Source: Minisyncoccia bacterium
Lineage (GTDB): Bacteria; Patescibacteriota; Minisyncoccia; UBA6257; 2-01-FULL-56-20
DNA length: 64,000 nucleotides
Direction: 5' to 3'
Assembly (NCBI GenBank): GCA_049997875.1
Contig: JBEKRC010000005.1
Span: forward strand, 1,679 to 65,678
The notes under the pieces: model-generated
Seen by the model: only the letters and a program-made list of their open reading frames with translations
The model's database searches: none
Told to the model about the DNA's origin: nothing
Shown: in pieces, positions 38,367 through 46,829 of the stretch
Layout: each line of letters begins with the position of its first letter
Position numbering within the stretch: the first letter of the stretch is position 1
Translations under genes and position numbers: made by a program

Positions 38367-38792
38367 ATGGTACATCGTTATCGCGTGGATGAGAAAGGAG
38401 CAAAAAAGCTTTATAAGAAGATAGGAAGCGTATCTTGCAGTCTATTCGGCGGGGAGGCAGTATATTTCAATAGCATCGGATTTCGTCATCTTATTCTGAA
38501 GCATGGTGTCCAGAGGTCATCGCGTGAAATAAAAAGGCGCTTTGCCCTATTGCCTTACGTGGCGGAGATCGTCGAGAAATCGGGCAGGCTTATTTCTCGC
38601 AAGGAAAAAATCACGAATCGGCCAATCCATCGCCATGGAAAGCGGACCTATTCGCCTTCAAGAGCGACCTTCTGGACGCTTCGAGCAGGAGTGGACGGCA
38701 GGGACGTGACGGTAATTGTCCGGCAATTTCAAGGCGGCAAAAAACATTTTCTCAGCGTATACGATAAGAAAAACAAAAAACTCCCTTCGTAG
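38367..38792 (+). CDS. Small basic putative BECR/LPD3-like RNase, paralog 1
   Basis: FNSIGFRHLI, RRFALLP, FW and HFLSVY shared with 40346-40699; box at 38327-38343. Confidence 0.7.
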   Translation: MVHRYRVDEKGAKKLYKKIGSVSCSLFGGEAVYFNSIGFRHLILKHGVQRSSREIKRRFALLPYVAEIVEKSGRLISRKEKITNRPIHRHGKRTYSPSRATFWTLRAGVDGRDVTVIVRQFQGGKKHFLSVYDKKNKKLPS

Positions 38793-38856
38793 GGGAGCTT
38801 TTTGATATGCCCGCTTCAACGATATAGCCGAATGGGACTGACGCCCCGCGGGCATG
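38772..38856 (-). ncRNA. Three-way-junction sRNA, copy A
   Basis: P1 ATGCCCGC/GCGGGCAT, P2 GGGGC/GTCCC, P3 TTCGGC/GTTGAA, terminator; TTGACT promoter at 38889. Confidence 0.7.
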
Positions 38857-38861
38857 GTTTT

Positions 38862-38928
38862 ATTGTGGGCGATTTTTCACACAAGTCAAGTTTCTTTTAA
38901 TAATTTTTTAATGTGTATGTTGTACCAT
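38862..38928. promoter_or_regulatory. Complete bidirectional box module
   Basis: GTCAA 38885-38889, 6-bp gap, box 38896-38912, 10 bp, TACCAT. Confidence 0.75.
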
Positions 38929-38931
38929 GGA

Positions 38932-39000
38932 TGCGGGCGTGATGCCTTTCACCATCGGCATGCCCCGAACTCCCGCAAGACCGCTCGCAAGAGCGGTTTT
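38932..39000 (+). ncRNA. Candidate sRNA of about 70 nt upstream of xseA
   Basis: TGCGGG/CCCGCA closing stem, inner ATGCC/GGCAT hairpin, GCAA-loop terminator; xseA has its own -10. Confidence 0.55.
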
Positions 39001-39019
39001 GTGCTGCTACAATAACCAT

Positions 39020-40168
39020 ATGAAGCCGCTGAACGCAGCCGACCATGTCTTCACGATTGGCGAATACATAGAGATCCTGAATACGTTCTTCAAGGCGCAG
39101 GCGGCGAGGATCAGGGGAGAGATCTCGGAGCTGCACCGTGACGCAAAGGGCCACGTCTACTTCGCGATTAAAGATAAAGATGACGGTAGTGTTTTAAGCT
39201 GCATCATCTGGAACCGCAATTACGATCTCTGCGGGGTAGTGCTTGAGGTGGGAATGGAGCTGATCCTCTCGGGGCACCCGAACATTTACGCGCCGAATGG
39301 GCGGCTGTCTTTCATTGCGGATACGGTGGAGCTCGTAGGCGAAGGAGCCTTGAAGAAAGCGTACGAAGCGCTTAAGCGAAAACTGGAAGCGGAGGGCGTG
39401 TTCGCGCCGGAGCGGAAGAGGCCGCTTCCGGAATATCCGACGCAGATCGGAGTTGTGACGTCCATGAAGGGCGCCGTGATCCACGATTTCCTGAATAACC
39501 TTGGGAAGTTCGGGTTCAGGGTGCGCGCGACGGATTCGCGCGTGGAGGGGCAGCAAGCGGTGGTACCTCTTTTGAACGCACTTGCCCTCATGCGGCGCGA
39601 GGCGCAGGCGGGGCGGCTGGACGTGCTCGTTTTGATCCGGGGCGGCGGGTCGCTCGAATCATTGCAGGCATTCAATAACGAAAAGCTTGTGCGCGAGATC
39701 GTGCATTTTCCGGTGCCCGTCGTCGCAGGGATCGGGCACGACAAGGATGTCCCCTTGTCGGCGCTCGCGGCGGATATTATGGTTTCCACGCCGACTGCCA
39801 CGGCGCATCTTTTGAGCAAGCCATGGGAGGAGGCGTACGCGAAAGTGAGGGAGGCGGCGTATCTTTTTTCCCGGGTGGAATCGCGATTTGAACGGATTCG
39901 CGCGGATCTGGACGCTGCGTGGAGTTCGGTGATTGACCACACGGCGCAGGGGATAGCGCATGCAAAGGAGATTTTTGCGAACGCCGAACGGCTGATTGCG
40001 CTCCATGATCCGCGCAGGCAGCTGCGACTCGGCTATGCGATCGTGCGGCACGGCGGCGAAGGAGGCGAGGCCGGTAAGCTCGTGCGGAGCATGCGGGATG
40101 TGGCCGCGGGAGATGTTTTGAACACGGAACTTGCGGACGGGGTGGTGAAGTCAAGGGTGGAGGAGTAG
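39020..40168 (+). CDS. xseA: Exodeoxyribonuclease VII large subunit
   Basis: GHVYFAIKD, IGVVTS..GAVIHD, RGGGSLE, GIGHDKD, TPTA. Confidence 0.95.
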   Translation: MKPLNAADHVFTIGEYIEILNTFFKAQAARIRGEISELHRDAKGHVYFAIKDKDDGSVLSCIIWNRNYDLCGVVLEVGMELILSGHPNIYAPNGRLSFIADTVELVGEGALKKAYEALKRKLEAEGVFAPERKRPLPEYPTQIGVVTSMKGAVIHDFLNNLGKFGFRVRATDSRVEGQQAVVPLLNALALMRREAQAGRLDVLVLIRGGGSLESLQAFNNEKLVREIVHFPVPVVAGIGHDKDVPLSALAADIMVSTPTATAHLLSKPWEEAYAKVREAAYLFSRVESRFERIRADLDAAWSSVIDHTAQGIAHAKEIFANAERLIALHDPRRQLRLGYAIVRHGGEGGEAGKLVRSMRDVAAGDVLNTELADGVVKSRVEE

Positions 40169-40170
40169 AA

Positions 40171-40214
40171 GTCAAATTTATTTTAATAATTTTTTAATCT
40201 CTGCGTGCTATAAT
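40171..40214 (+). promoter_or_regulatory. Box module directly after the xseA stop
   Basis: GTCAA, 6-bp gap, box 40182-40198, 10 bp, TATAAT 40209-40214. Confidence 0.75.
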
Positions 40215-40219
40215 AATCG

Positions 40220-40302
40220 TGTGCTTGGGGGACTAACGTCCCGTTCGGCCACCAAGCTGAGCCCAAGCACATCAAAGTCACCGCGCACGCGGTGTTTTTG
40301 AT
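40220..40302 (+). ncRNA. Three-way-junction sRNA, copy C
   Basis: P1 TGTGCTTGG/CCAAGCACA, P2 GGGAC/GTCCC, P3 TTCGGC/GCTGAG, ATCAAA..TTTGAT terminator. Confidence 0.7.
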
Positions 40303-40345
40303 ATTTTTTAAATATTTTTAATGCTCTTTTTTATATGATGCGGCG

Positions 40346-40699
40346 ATGGGCTACCGCGAAACAAAAAAGAAGGCAAGAACGTTCTACTCAAATATGAAAC
40401 CAGCCATACCTCCCAGATTAGAGAAAACAGTTTTCTTCAACAACATAGGGTTTAGGCACCTCATTTGGAAAGGTGGAAAACATCGACCGAAAAGCGAGCA
40501 GACGAGGCGTTTCGCTCTGCTTCCTCACGTAGAAAAGATCATAAGCAATCCTGACGCAACGGTTCTTCGCAAGGTGAAGCACTACAGACCCGTCCGTGCG
40601 GAATTTTGGATCTTTAAAGAAAGGGTGGGGAAGATGATGATCACGGTGGTGATAAGGAGGATTGGGAACGGGAAAAGACATTTTTTCAGCGTTTATTAA
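40346..40699 (+). CDS. Small basic putative BECR/LPD3-like RNase, paralog 2
   Basis: FNNIGFRHLI, RRFALLP, FW, HFFSVY. Confidence 0.7.
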   Translation: MGYRETKKKARTFYSNMKPAIPPRLEKTVFFNNIGFRHLIWKGGKHRPKSEQTRRFALLPHVEKIISNPDATVLRKVKHYRPVRAEFWIFKERVGKMMITVVIRRIGNGKRHFFSVY

Positions 40700-40703
40700 G
40701 GGC

Positions 40704-40793
40704 ATCAAAAATCCGCTCAGGATTGAGCGGTTCTTTGATATGCCCGTTACCAGCCATGTAACGCCGATTAGGGACTTCCGTCCCACGGGCATA
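40704..40793 (-). ncRNA. Three-way-junction sRNA, copy B
   Basis: P1 ATGCCCGT/ACGGGCAT, P2 GGGAC-GGAA-GTCCC, P3 TCGGC/GCTGG; TTGACT-18-TAAAAT promoter. Confidence 0.7.
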
Positions 40794-40881
40794 CTCCCAT
40801 TTTAGGGCAATCTATTCTTGAAAGTCAACTTTCTTTTAATGATTTTTTAATCTTTCGGCGATAAGGAGTATAATAAACCCA

Positions 40882-41088
40882 ATGGCTGCGAAACCCGCGA
40901 AAGACGATTTCAAACATCATTTGGAGGAGATCGGAAAGATCCTTTCCTGGTTTGATGCGCAGGAGGAGCTGGATGTGGAAGCCGCGCTTCTGAAGATAAA
41001 AAAGGCGGCGGAGCTTATTAAGGCGAGCCGGAAGAGGCTTAAGGAGATTGAGAATGAATTTGAGGAGATAAAGGGGGAGACGGAGTAG
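40882..41088 (+). CDS. xseB: Exodeoxyribonuclease VII small subunit
   Basis: 68-aa helical pattern F...LEEI..I.....ELDVE.AL; close to xseA. Confidence 0.8.
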   Translation: MAAKPAKDDFKHHLEEIGKILSWFDAQEELDVEAALLKIKKAAELIKASRKRLKEIENEFEEIKGETE

Positions 41089-41094
41089 GGCGCA

Positions 41095-41382
41095 TTAACG
41101 GTCAACAAGCGCGATCTGCTTATTGAACACGTGCGCGATCCTGTACAGGGTTGCGAGAGATACGGGGTGTTTTCCAGATTCTATCCGCGCAACGACTGAT
41201 TGTGGCATAGATGCTTTCGCCGCCACTTGTTTCTGCGTCATGTTTTTCTTTTGCCGAAGCACCTTTATCTGATAGGCAAGGCGGAGGCGATTCACTTCTT
41301 CGGTGAACCCCTTTCTGAAGGCGGGGTTTTTAAGTTCTTCTTTTAGAACTTTCTCAAAGGGAATAAATTTCAGTTTTTCCAT
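41095..41382 (-). CDS. XRE-family HTH antitoxin
   Basis: MTQKQVA..MPQSVVARIESG. Confidence 0.88.
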   Translation of the reverse strand: MEKLKFIPFEKVLKEELKNPAFRKGFTEEVNRLRLAYQIKVLRQKKNMTQKQVAAKASMPQSVVARIESGKHPVSLATLYRIAHVFNKQIALVDR

Positions 41383-41681
41383 GGCAGCTGTTTGAATGTT
41401 TTATATATTGCTTCCGCTTTTCTTATGATGCGGAGCGGTGTCTTTTGGGATTGTTTTTTGAACAAGGAGACAAAATAGATTGCCTCGCCGCTTTTGAAGA
41501 AAATCAGGCGATAGCGATGAACGATGAGTTCCTGAATGCCGCCACGGAGGGTTTTTATCGTAAGCGCCCCCACTTCTCCTTCTCGCAATAGTGTGAGATG
41601 CGCATAGATTTTGTCCTTCTCGTGCACGGGGAGGTCGGATAGTGCCCTGTAGAAATCATGAAGGAAATGAAGGGTGGTCAT
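41370..41681 (-). CDS. RelE/HigB (Gp49-like) toxin
   Basis: IQELIV..YRLIFF..FKKQSQKTP. Confidence 0.85.
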   Translation of the reverse strand: MTTLHFLHDFYRALSDLPVHEKDKIYAHLTLLREGEVGALTIKTLRGGIQELIVHRYRLIFFKSGEAIYFVSLFKKQSQKTPLRIIRKAEAIYKTFKQLPWKN

Positions 41682-41704
41682 CAAGCGCCCTTCTCCCGGA
41701 TAGG

Positions 41705-41734
41705 AGTATAGCAAAATTGCTATACCATTGTCAA
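41705..41734 (-). promoter_or_regulatory. Toxin-antitoxin promoter with palindromic operator
   Basis: GTATAGCAA-AA-TTGCTATAC (41706-41725) within TTGACA-18-TATACT. Confidence 0.7.
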
Positions 41735-41819
41735 CGGTCCATTCAGAGAGGCCGGGCGTGGCTGCATGGTATCAAATAAGGGATTAAAACAATCTAAAGG
41801 CGCCTGCTATCAATGCGGC

Positions 41820-42401
41820 TTAAACCGCCTTCACCGTGAGCTCGTTGCGATAGGGCTCAAGGAGCTCAAGCCGGCCATCGGGCGCGATCCATTCCTTTTC
41901 CCTGCCCGGCGGAAGGATGGCGGGCATCCGGTCGTGGATGGGGGACATGGTCTTGTTCGCGGGCACGGTGATGATGGAGAAGAACGGCCGCATGGCGTCG
42001 GAAAGCGTTTTGGTCCTCCATTCGTAGATCCCTGCGAAGGCCATCGGGCGGTGTTCCAGCGTGAAGCGGTACTTCTCTCTCGCGCCGCCGGTCCTCTTCC
42101 ACTCGTAGAAGCCGTCCGCAAGGACAATGCAGCGATGGTTCTCCACGGCCTTGCGGAAGTAGGGCTTGCCGAGGATGCTTTCGGCCCTGATATTGATGAG
42201 CTCCTTCTTTCTGCCCTTGACCTCGGTGGGATAGCCCCAATGGCCGAGGATTATTTGGTTCGGCTCGCTCGCGAGCACGACGGGCAGGTTTTCGCTCGGG
42301 CGGGCGTCGTCCGTCACGAGATACGCCTCGTGGGGAGGGAGGACGCCGAAGTATTCGGCCAGATTCTTCACGGGGGTGGTGATGGCGTAGCGGCCGCACA
42401 T
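41820..42401 (-). CDS. SRAP (YedK/HMCES) abasic-site protein
   Basis: MCGRY start, GFYEW, IHDRMPAIL. Confidence 0.95.
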   Translation of the reverse strand: MCGRYAITTPVKNLAEYFGVLPPHEAYLVTDDARPSENLPVVLASEPNQIILGHWGYPTEVKGRKKELINIRAESILGKPYFRKAVENHRCIVLADGFYEWKRTGGAREKYRFTLEHRPMAFAGIYEWRTKTLSDAMRPFFSIITVPANKTMSPIHDRMPAILPPGREKEWIAPDGRLELLEPYRNELTVKAV

Positions 42402-42595
42402 GAGGTAACTATAGCGCTCGCCATCAATTTCGCCATTTTCCTGCGCTCCTCTCTGACGTCCATGCACCAGGCGTGGCCTCTCACGGTGATCACAAGTTCA
42501 AGGAATTCGGGGAGGTTTTTCTTGAGAGTTTTGTGGGGAGATTTTTGGTAGAGGGCGAGCTTTTTCTTGGCGCGGTAGTATTCGTCGGGAGACAT
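42368..42595 (-). CDS. Small hypothetical protein
   Basis: 75-aa ORF overlapping the SRAP start. Confidence 0.4.
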   Translation of the reverse strand: MSPDEYYRAKKKLALYQKSPHKTLKKNLPEFLELVITVRGHAWCMDVREERRKMAKLMASAIVTSCAAATPSPPP

Positions 42596-42676
42596 AGGGT
42601 GATCTTTGATCGGGAGGGGAGGGTGAGTCAAGGGGGTAAGGCCCCAATTGAACATTAAGGAGGAAAGAGGTAGGGT

Positions 42677-42704
42677 TTTAATAAAGATTTAATGATTTTT
42701 TAAT
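42677..42704 (+). promoter_or_regulatory. Triple TTTAAT box with 11-bp period
   Basis: TTTAAT at 42677, 42688 and 42699. Confidence 0.7.
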
Positions 42705-42731
42705 CTTTCCATGGAAAAGGTGGGGCAGCCT

Positions 42732-43700
42732 ATGAACCATTCTTTGTTTGTGCTTACCGCCAGTAATCCTGAAGCGTATCAGCACTATATCGATACGATT
42801 GAGCGTGGCTTTCCTATTAACGATATTAAGGAGTTTCTGAGTGAAGATCAGTATATTGCCCTAAGGAATCTTTGCGGGGAAGAGCATCTTAAGGCTTGGG
42901 GTGCTACCCCGGGGAAGGGTAATATTGCCACTTGGAACAAGATGAATATCGGCGACCCGATCCTTATTTATAGACAAGGTAATTTTGAATATTACGCTTT
43001 TATTGCATTCAAGTTGCATAATGTTGAAATAGCAAAAAAGTTATGGCGGACGAACATAAAGGGAGAAACATGGGAATATGTCTACTTTTTAGATAAGCTG
43101 ACAGAAATTTCGGTTCCGGTGAAAATATTTAACGAAAGCATTGGTTATAAAGACAACTTTACGCCACAGGGTTTTAGTTCTGTTGATAAGAAGAAAGTGG
43201 ATTATTTGAAGGAGAAATTTGGATCGATTGAATCATTTCTTAATTATCTGGCAGAAGGGAAATGGATAGAGAGGGAAACCGCATATCCAAGGGAGGTTAA
43301 GGAGACCATTATTCAAGAAAGAGTTTCTCGACAGCTTGGACGCACCTCTTTACTTGAAGCGAACCTCGAAAATTATTTAGCGGATCGTGTTGCCCAGATT
43401 GAACCCGGTTTGAAATTAATTGGTCGACAGTTGGATACAAAAGAAGTCGGGCGGTTGGATCTGCTTTGTGAAGATAAGGATAAAAATTTGGTGGTCGTTG
43501 AATTGAAGCGGGGAACCGCAGGTTCATCAATTATTGATCAGATTCAGCGATACATGGGTTGGATGATCGCTCATAAGGCTCAGCCGAATCAAAAGGTGAG
43601 AGGCATTGTTATTGTGGCGTCCAAAGATACTGCGCTTGAATATGCGGTCAAAGCTAACCCGATGGTGCAGATAAAGACGTTTAATATCAGCGTGCAATAA
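42732..43700 (+). CDS. NucS-like PD-(D/E)xK endonuclease with an N-terminal PUA/EVE-like domain
   Basis: EANLE, GRLDLL, VVVELK, QIQRY; N-terminal AWG..W..M..GD.ILIY. Confidence 0.8.
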   Translation: MNHSLFVLTASNPEAYQHYIDTIERGFPINDIKEFLSEDQYIALRNLCGEEHLKAWGATPGKGNIATWNKMNIGDPILIYRQGNFEYYAFIAFKLHNVEIAKKLWRTNIKGETWEYVYFLDKLTEISVPVKIFNESIGYKDNFTPQGFSSVDKKKVDYLKEKFGSIESFLNYLAEGKWIERETAYPREVKETIIQERVSRQLGRTSLLEANLENYLADRVAQIEPGLKLIGRQLDTKEVGRLDLLCEDKDKNLVVVELKRGTAGSSIIDQIQRYMGWMIAHKAQPNQKVRGIVIVASKDTALEYAVKANPMVQIKTFNISVQ

Positions 43701-43760
43701 GTTTCAGTAAGTGAAGCGTTAGGATGGTATTGTGAGTAAATAAAACCGTAGAAAGATAAG

Positions 43761-44081
43761 ATGATTCATAATAAAAATATTTCTTGGTTGCCTCTAACGA
43801 GTTTCATCTGTCTACTTAGTCTTGTGTTTAGTGTCGGCACAATAATGAACCCTTATATTGGCATTTTCTTTGGTGCGTCGTTTACTATATTAGGCGCCGC
43901 AACAGCAGTTTTCCCTAAAGAGATAGCAGAACTTGGAAGAATGTGGTCGCAAAATATCGAAAGAGAGACACATATTTTCCTTATTGCATTTTCTGTTGCC
44001 TGTGCATTAATATTCTTTTGGGCGCGGTATATCGAAGGCTGGAGAATAAAGATCTATAACATTAATTATTCAAATGAATAA
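43761..44081 (+). CDS. Hypothetical membrane protein
   Basis: Three hydrophobic segments; AT-rich. Confidence 0.6.
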   Translation: MIHNKNISWLPLTSFICLLSLVFSVGTIMNPYIGIFFGASFTILGAATAVFPKEIAELGRMWSQNIERETHIFLIAFSVACALIFFWARYIEGWRIKIYNINYSNE

Positions 44082-44757
44082 ATATTTAAAAGCAATCATT
44101 CAGGGATTATTTATATTAGGGATTGCTGCATTTGCGATATGGTTTCTCAATCTTTTTATTCCAAAGAACCAAGGTGCAGATGTAGCTAACCGAGTTGCTG
44201 ATCAAGTGAAGCAAATTATCTTAAAAAGGCCGACATGTGCTGGAACGTCCGCAGAATTTGAGCAGTTGAAAGAGCAGGGCGGTTATATCCCGCTTCTGCA
44301 GAGTTCAACTGGCATGTATGGAATAGCAGGCGGCGATTTCGTGAATGAGAAACAAGTTACCGTAAATCGTACAGGGAGTGGTTCAGAGGTTGCTTGTGGA
44401 TATTTATATATCAATGCTGGCGTGGGGAAGAGAGCGCTAGATAATGAAGATGTCTACATAGTTCCGGGGGGATTCGGCGGACATCTACAATCTAGCGCCG
44501 CGATTATTAATCAAATCGTAAATTCGAGTACGGAAATGATTTTTTCCTTGGATAACATACAATACCGCAGCAATAAAAACATGTATACTGCAAACTGGGC
44601 TGCGTTACTAAACGTGTCAAACGAAATTAATTTTGAAATTGCATTGAACACCACTGACCCAAGGGGTTTCATTAATGAGGTCGGAATTGCATACAAATGT
44701 TGGAATCCTCAAACTGGCGATGTAACGACGGACTGTCGCTTAAGTGCTCAGCAATAG
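44074..44757 (+). CDS. Hypothetical exported or membrane-anchored protein
   Basis: N-terminal TM helix, four Cys. Confidence 0.7.
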   Translation: MNKYLKAIIQGLFILGIAAFAIWFLNLFIPKNQGADVANRVADQVKQIILKRPTCAGTSAEFEQLKEQGGYIPLLQSSTGMYGIAGGDFVNEKQVTVNRTGSGSEVACGYLYINAGVGKRALDNEDVYIVPGGFGGHLQSSAAIINQIVNSSTEMIFSLDNIQYRSNKNMYTANWAALLNVSNEINFEIALNTTDPRGFINEVGIAYKCWNPQTGDVTTDCRLSAQQ

Positions 44758-44981
44758 CATATTAAAAGATCTCGAGAAATCGTGGCTTTTGCACTTTTAC
44801 GAGGAGAGTATAATGAAGCTCGTAGTAGTTCTTTAAAAGCTGGCGGAGAAAACCATCGGGGCCTTATTTAGTTATTCAGAGTTTTTCCCACTCCCCCTCG
44901 TTAGGGCGTTAGAGAGCTAGTGCCTTAACCGGGGGGGGTTGTAGTCGGAACTCTCCGAACAAATTAATCTAACCAACCCTA

Positions 44982-45143
44982 ATGGTTACCTTAACTACGG
45001 GGCAGACGGTGGTTATTTCGGGCATCTACCAGGTGCGCGGAACCAACTACCAGGTTACTCTCTCGCGCGGAGATCGCGTGCCACCCTACAACGGGAGGGC
45101 AGCGACCTTCGTTCTGGTCGTTTCGGCCAGACACGAACAGTAA
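44982..45143 (+). CDS. YjzC-like small protein, 53 aa (absent from the ORF track)
   Basis: MVTLTTGQTVVISGIYQ..VTLSRGDRVPP matches the TGQ..SG.Y..G.R.PP pattern. Confidence 0.7.
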   Translation: MVTLTTGQTVVISGIYQVRGTNYQVTLSRGDRVPPYNGRAATFVLVVSARHEQ

Positions 45144-45192
45144 TGTTCTGCCGTTCTTCGCCAGCTTTTAGAGAGATACTTTGATAAAAGAG

Positions 45193-46092
45193 TCAGCCGA
45201 TCGGACTATTTTTCGGAGCTTCAATTTTTAACGACAACTCAGTCATCGCGTAGTGAACAAATTGTTGTCCGATGCCAGTTAATTCATATTGTTCCTCTTC
45301 GTCGAATGCAGATTTGGCAGTATGCGTCCCTGAACTTTTTGGTGTTCTCCCTGTAGCTCTTGATACAATTATATTTCCCGCATAATCTCTATCTTTATGT
45401 TGTCGAATTATGGCACCAGTGCTTAAGTCGCGGAAAAGAAGCTTGAACAAATCTGCTTCTGGGGAATCTTCTCTAACGGGTTGTTTGCCTAGCTGTCTCC
45501 AAACTTCTCCTCTGGTTATTCCATTTTTGTTATAAATTACTCCTATAACTTTGAAATGAAGTTCAGAATAATTTTTGAGCCAATCGAGAAAGAGCTTTAT
45601 GACATCATCGCTCACTAGCGCGGTTGCCGCGGCATTAGAAAGAATATTTCTTATTAATTTCCTTTTCTCTTCACTTTCAGCTCCGGACCATTCCCGAAAT
45701 GCTTTTTTAACAATGGACTGATATTCCGGACTCTTCATTCGTTCTCCGATCTTTGCATCGTGCATATCAAGGCGAGCCATGATCTCTACGATGGTTTGTT
45801 CTTTTTCCCGCATTTCATCAAAGAGCATTCGTAGCCAATGTTTAAAGAAGGCATTCGCTCTTTCCTGATCATGACCTTCCCACGCGCTCGCGGCCGCAGA
45901 GAAGATTCCGCCTATGACGGGAATTGCCCCTCCTGCAATTTCCATACCTGCTTGCAAGACTTTCTTGCCGAGTTTTGGTTTGTGGTCGGAAGCAATCGTC
46001 GCAATCACTTTGCCACAAAACGGACAATTTTCGGATAAGTAAGGTATTTCCTTGCCGCATTCGCCACACTTTATTGGTTCCATGTTTTCCAT
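45193..46092 (-). CDS. Hypothetical protein with an N-terminal zinc ribbon
   Basis: CGECG..CPFCG; helical body; YELTGIGQQF winged-helix-like end. Confidence 0.75.
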   Translation of the reverse strand: MENMEPIKCGECGKEIPYLSENCPFCGKVIATIASDHKPKLGKKVLQAGMEIAGGAIPVIGGIFSAAASAWEGHDQERANAFFKHWLRMLFDEMREKEQTIVEIMARLDMHDAKIGERMKSPEYQSIVKKAFREWSGAESEEKRKLIRNILSNAAATALVSDDVIKLFLDWLKNYSELHFKVIGVIYNKNGITRGEVWRQLGKQPVREDSPEADLFKLLFRDLSTGAIIRQHKDRDYAGNIIVSRATGRTPKSSGTHTAKSAFDEEEQYELTGIGQQFVHYAMTELSLKIEAPKNSPIG

Positions 46093-46162
46093 CCTATACC
46101 CCCGTCGGGGTTCGTCAATCCAAACGATTTACAAAACCGTTCTGAGGTGATACCATCCGGCC

Positions 46163-46642
46163 ATGAGCACAAAGGAGCTTGTCGCGGAAATAGAGAAACG
46201 CTTTGAGATTATATTGCCCATATCAATCTTTTTTCCAGTTCTGATGGCCACGTATTTTGATATTGTTGGTGGACCGGACAAAGATTATCATACCGCGTTC
46301 ATATTTTTTGCCCTGCCGGCGCTCTATATCGCAAGCTATGTTATCTTCGAGCTTCGTAAAATTTTACCACCTATCCCGCCGTTGGCGCTTCAAGTATTGG
46401 ACTGGAGCCTGTTGCTGAACATTCTTTGTTTCGCTGCACCCGTCATATTCGTTGTCATGGCATATGCTCATGTGACGCTCTCGCGGTGGACTTATTTGGT
46501 TGATCTGTGGACTTTCATCGGCTCAGGGTGGGGAGTAGTTACTTTGCCGTTTGCCATTTTCCTTTTTGTTATCGCGAGTGAAGCGATTGCTATAGCAGCG
46601 AAAGTTATAGGTAAACAGTGGGCAAATAAAAAGATTTTCTAA
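46163..46642 (+). CDS. Hypothetical membrane protein
   Basis: Four hydrophobic segments. Confidence 0.65.
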   Translation: MSTKELVAEIEKRFEIILPISIFFPVLMATYFDIVGGPDKDYHTAFIFFALPALYIASYVIFELRKILPPIPPLALQVLDWSLLLNILCFAAPVIFVVMAYAHVTLSRWTYLVDLWTFIGSGWGVVTLPFAIFLFVIASEAIAIAAKVIGKQWANKKIF

Positions 46643-46661
46643 TTAAAGACAGGCTTGGACA

Positions 46662-46796
46662 TGGATTCGTCGCGGGGCCGGTAAGACCGGCCCGCTCCTG
46701 CGGAACCTCTCGGTTCCGCACTGTGCCGCCGCAAAACGGTGCGAGCGGCACCTTCCTACACGGGGCACCTCCCGGTGCCCCGACCCCCTCCCCGCG
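46662..46796 (-). repeat. Multi-hairpin repeat, family B, copy 2
   Basis: Same conserved blocks as 15455-15568 with different, still paired stems. Confidence 0.7.
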
Positions 46797-46829
46797 TCTA
46801 GGTCTAGTGCGGTGTAGTATGGTTATGAG

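Noticed and set aside
38927-39019. Extended xseA N-terminus
   Set aside because: Contains a terminator, and a -10 precedes the ATG at 39020
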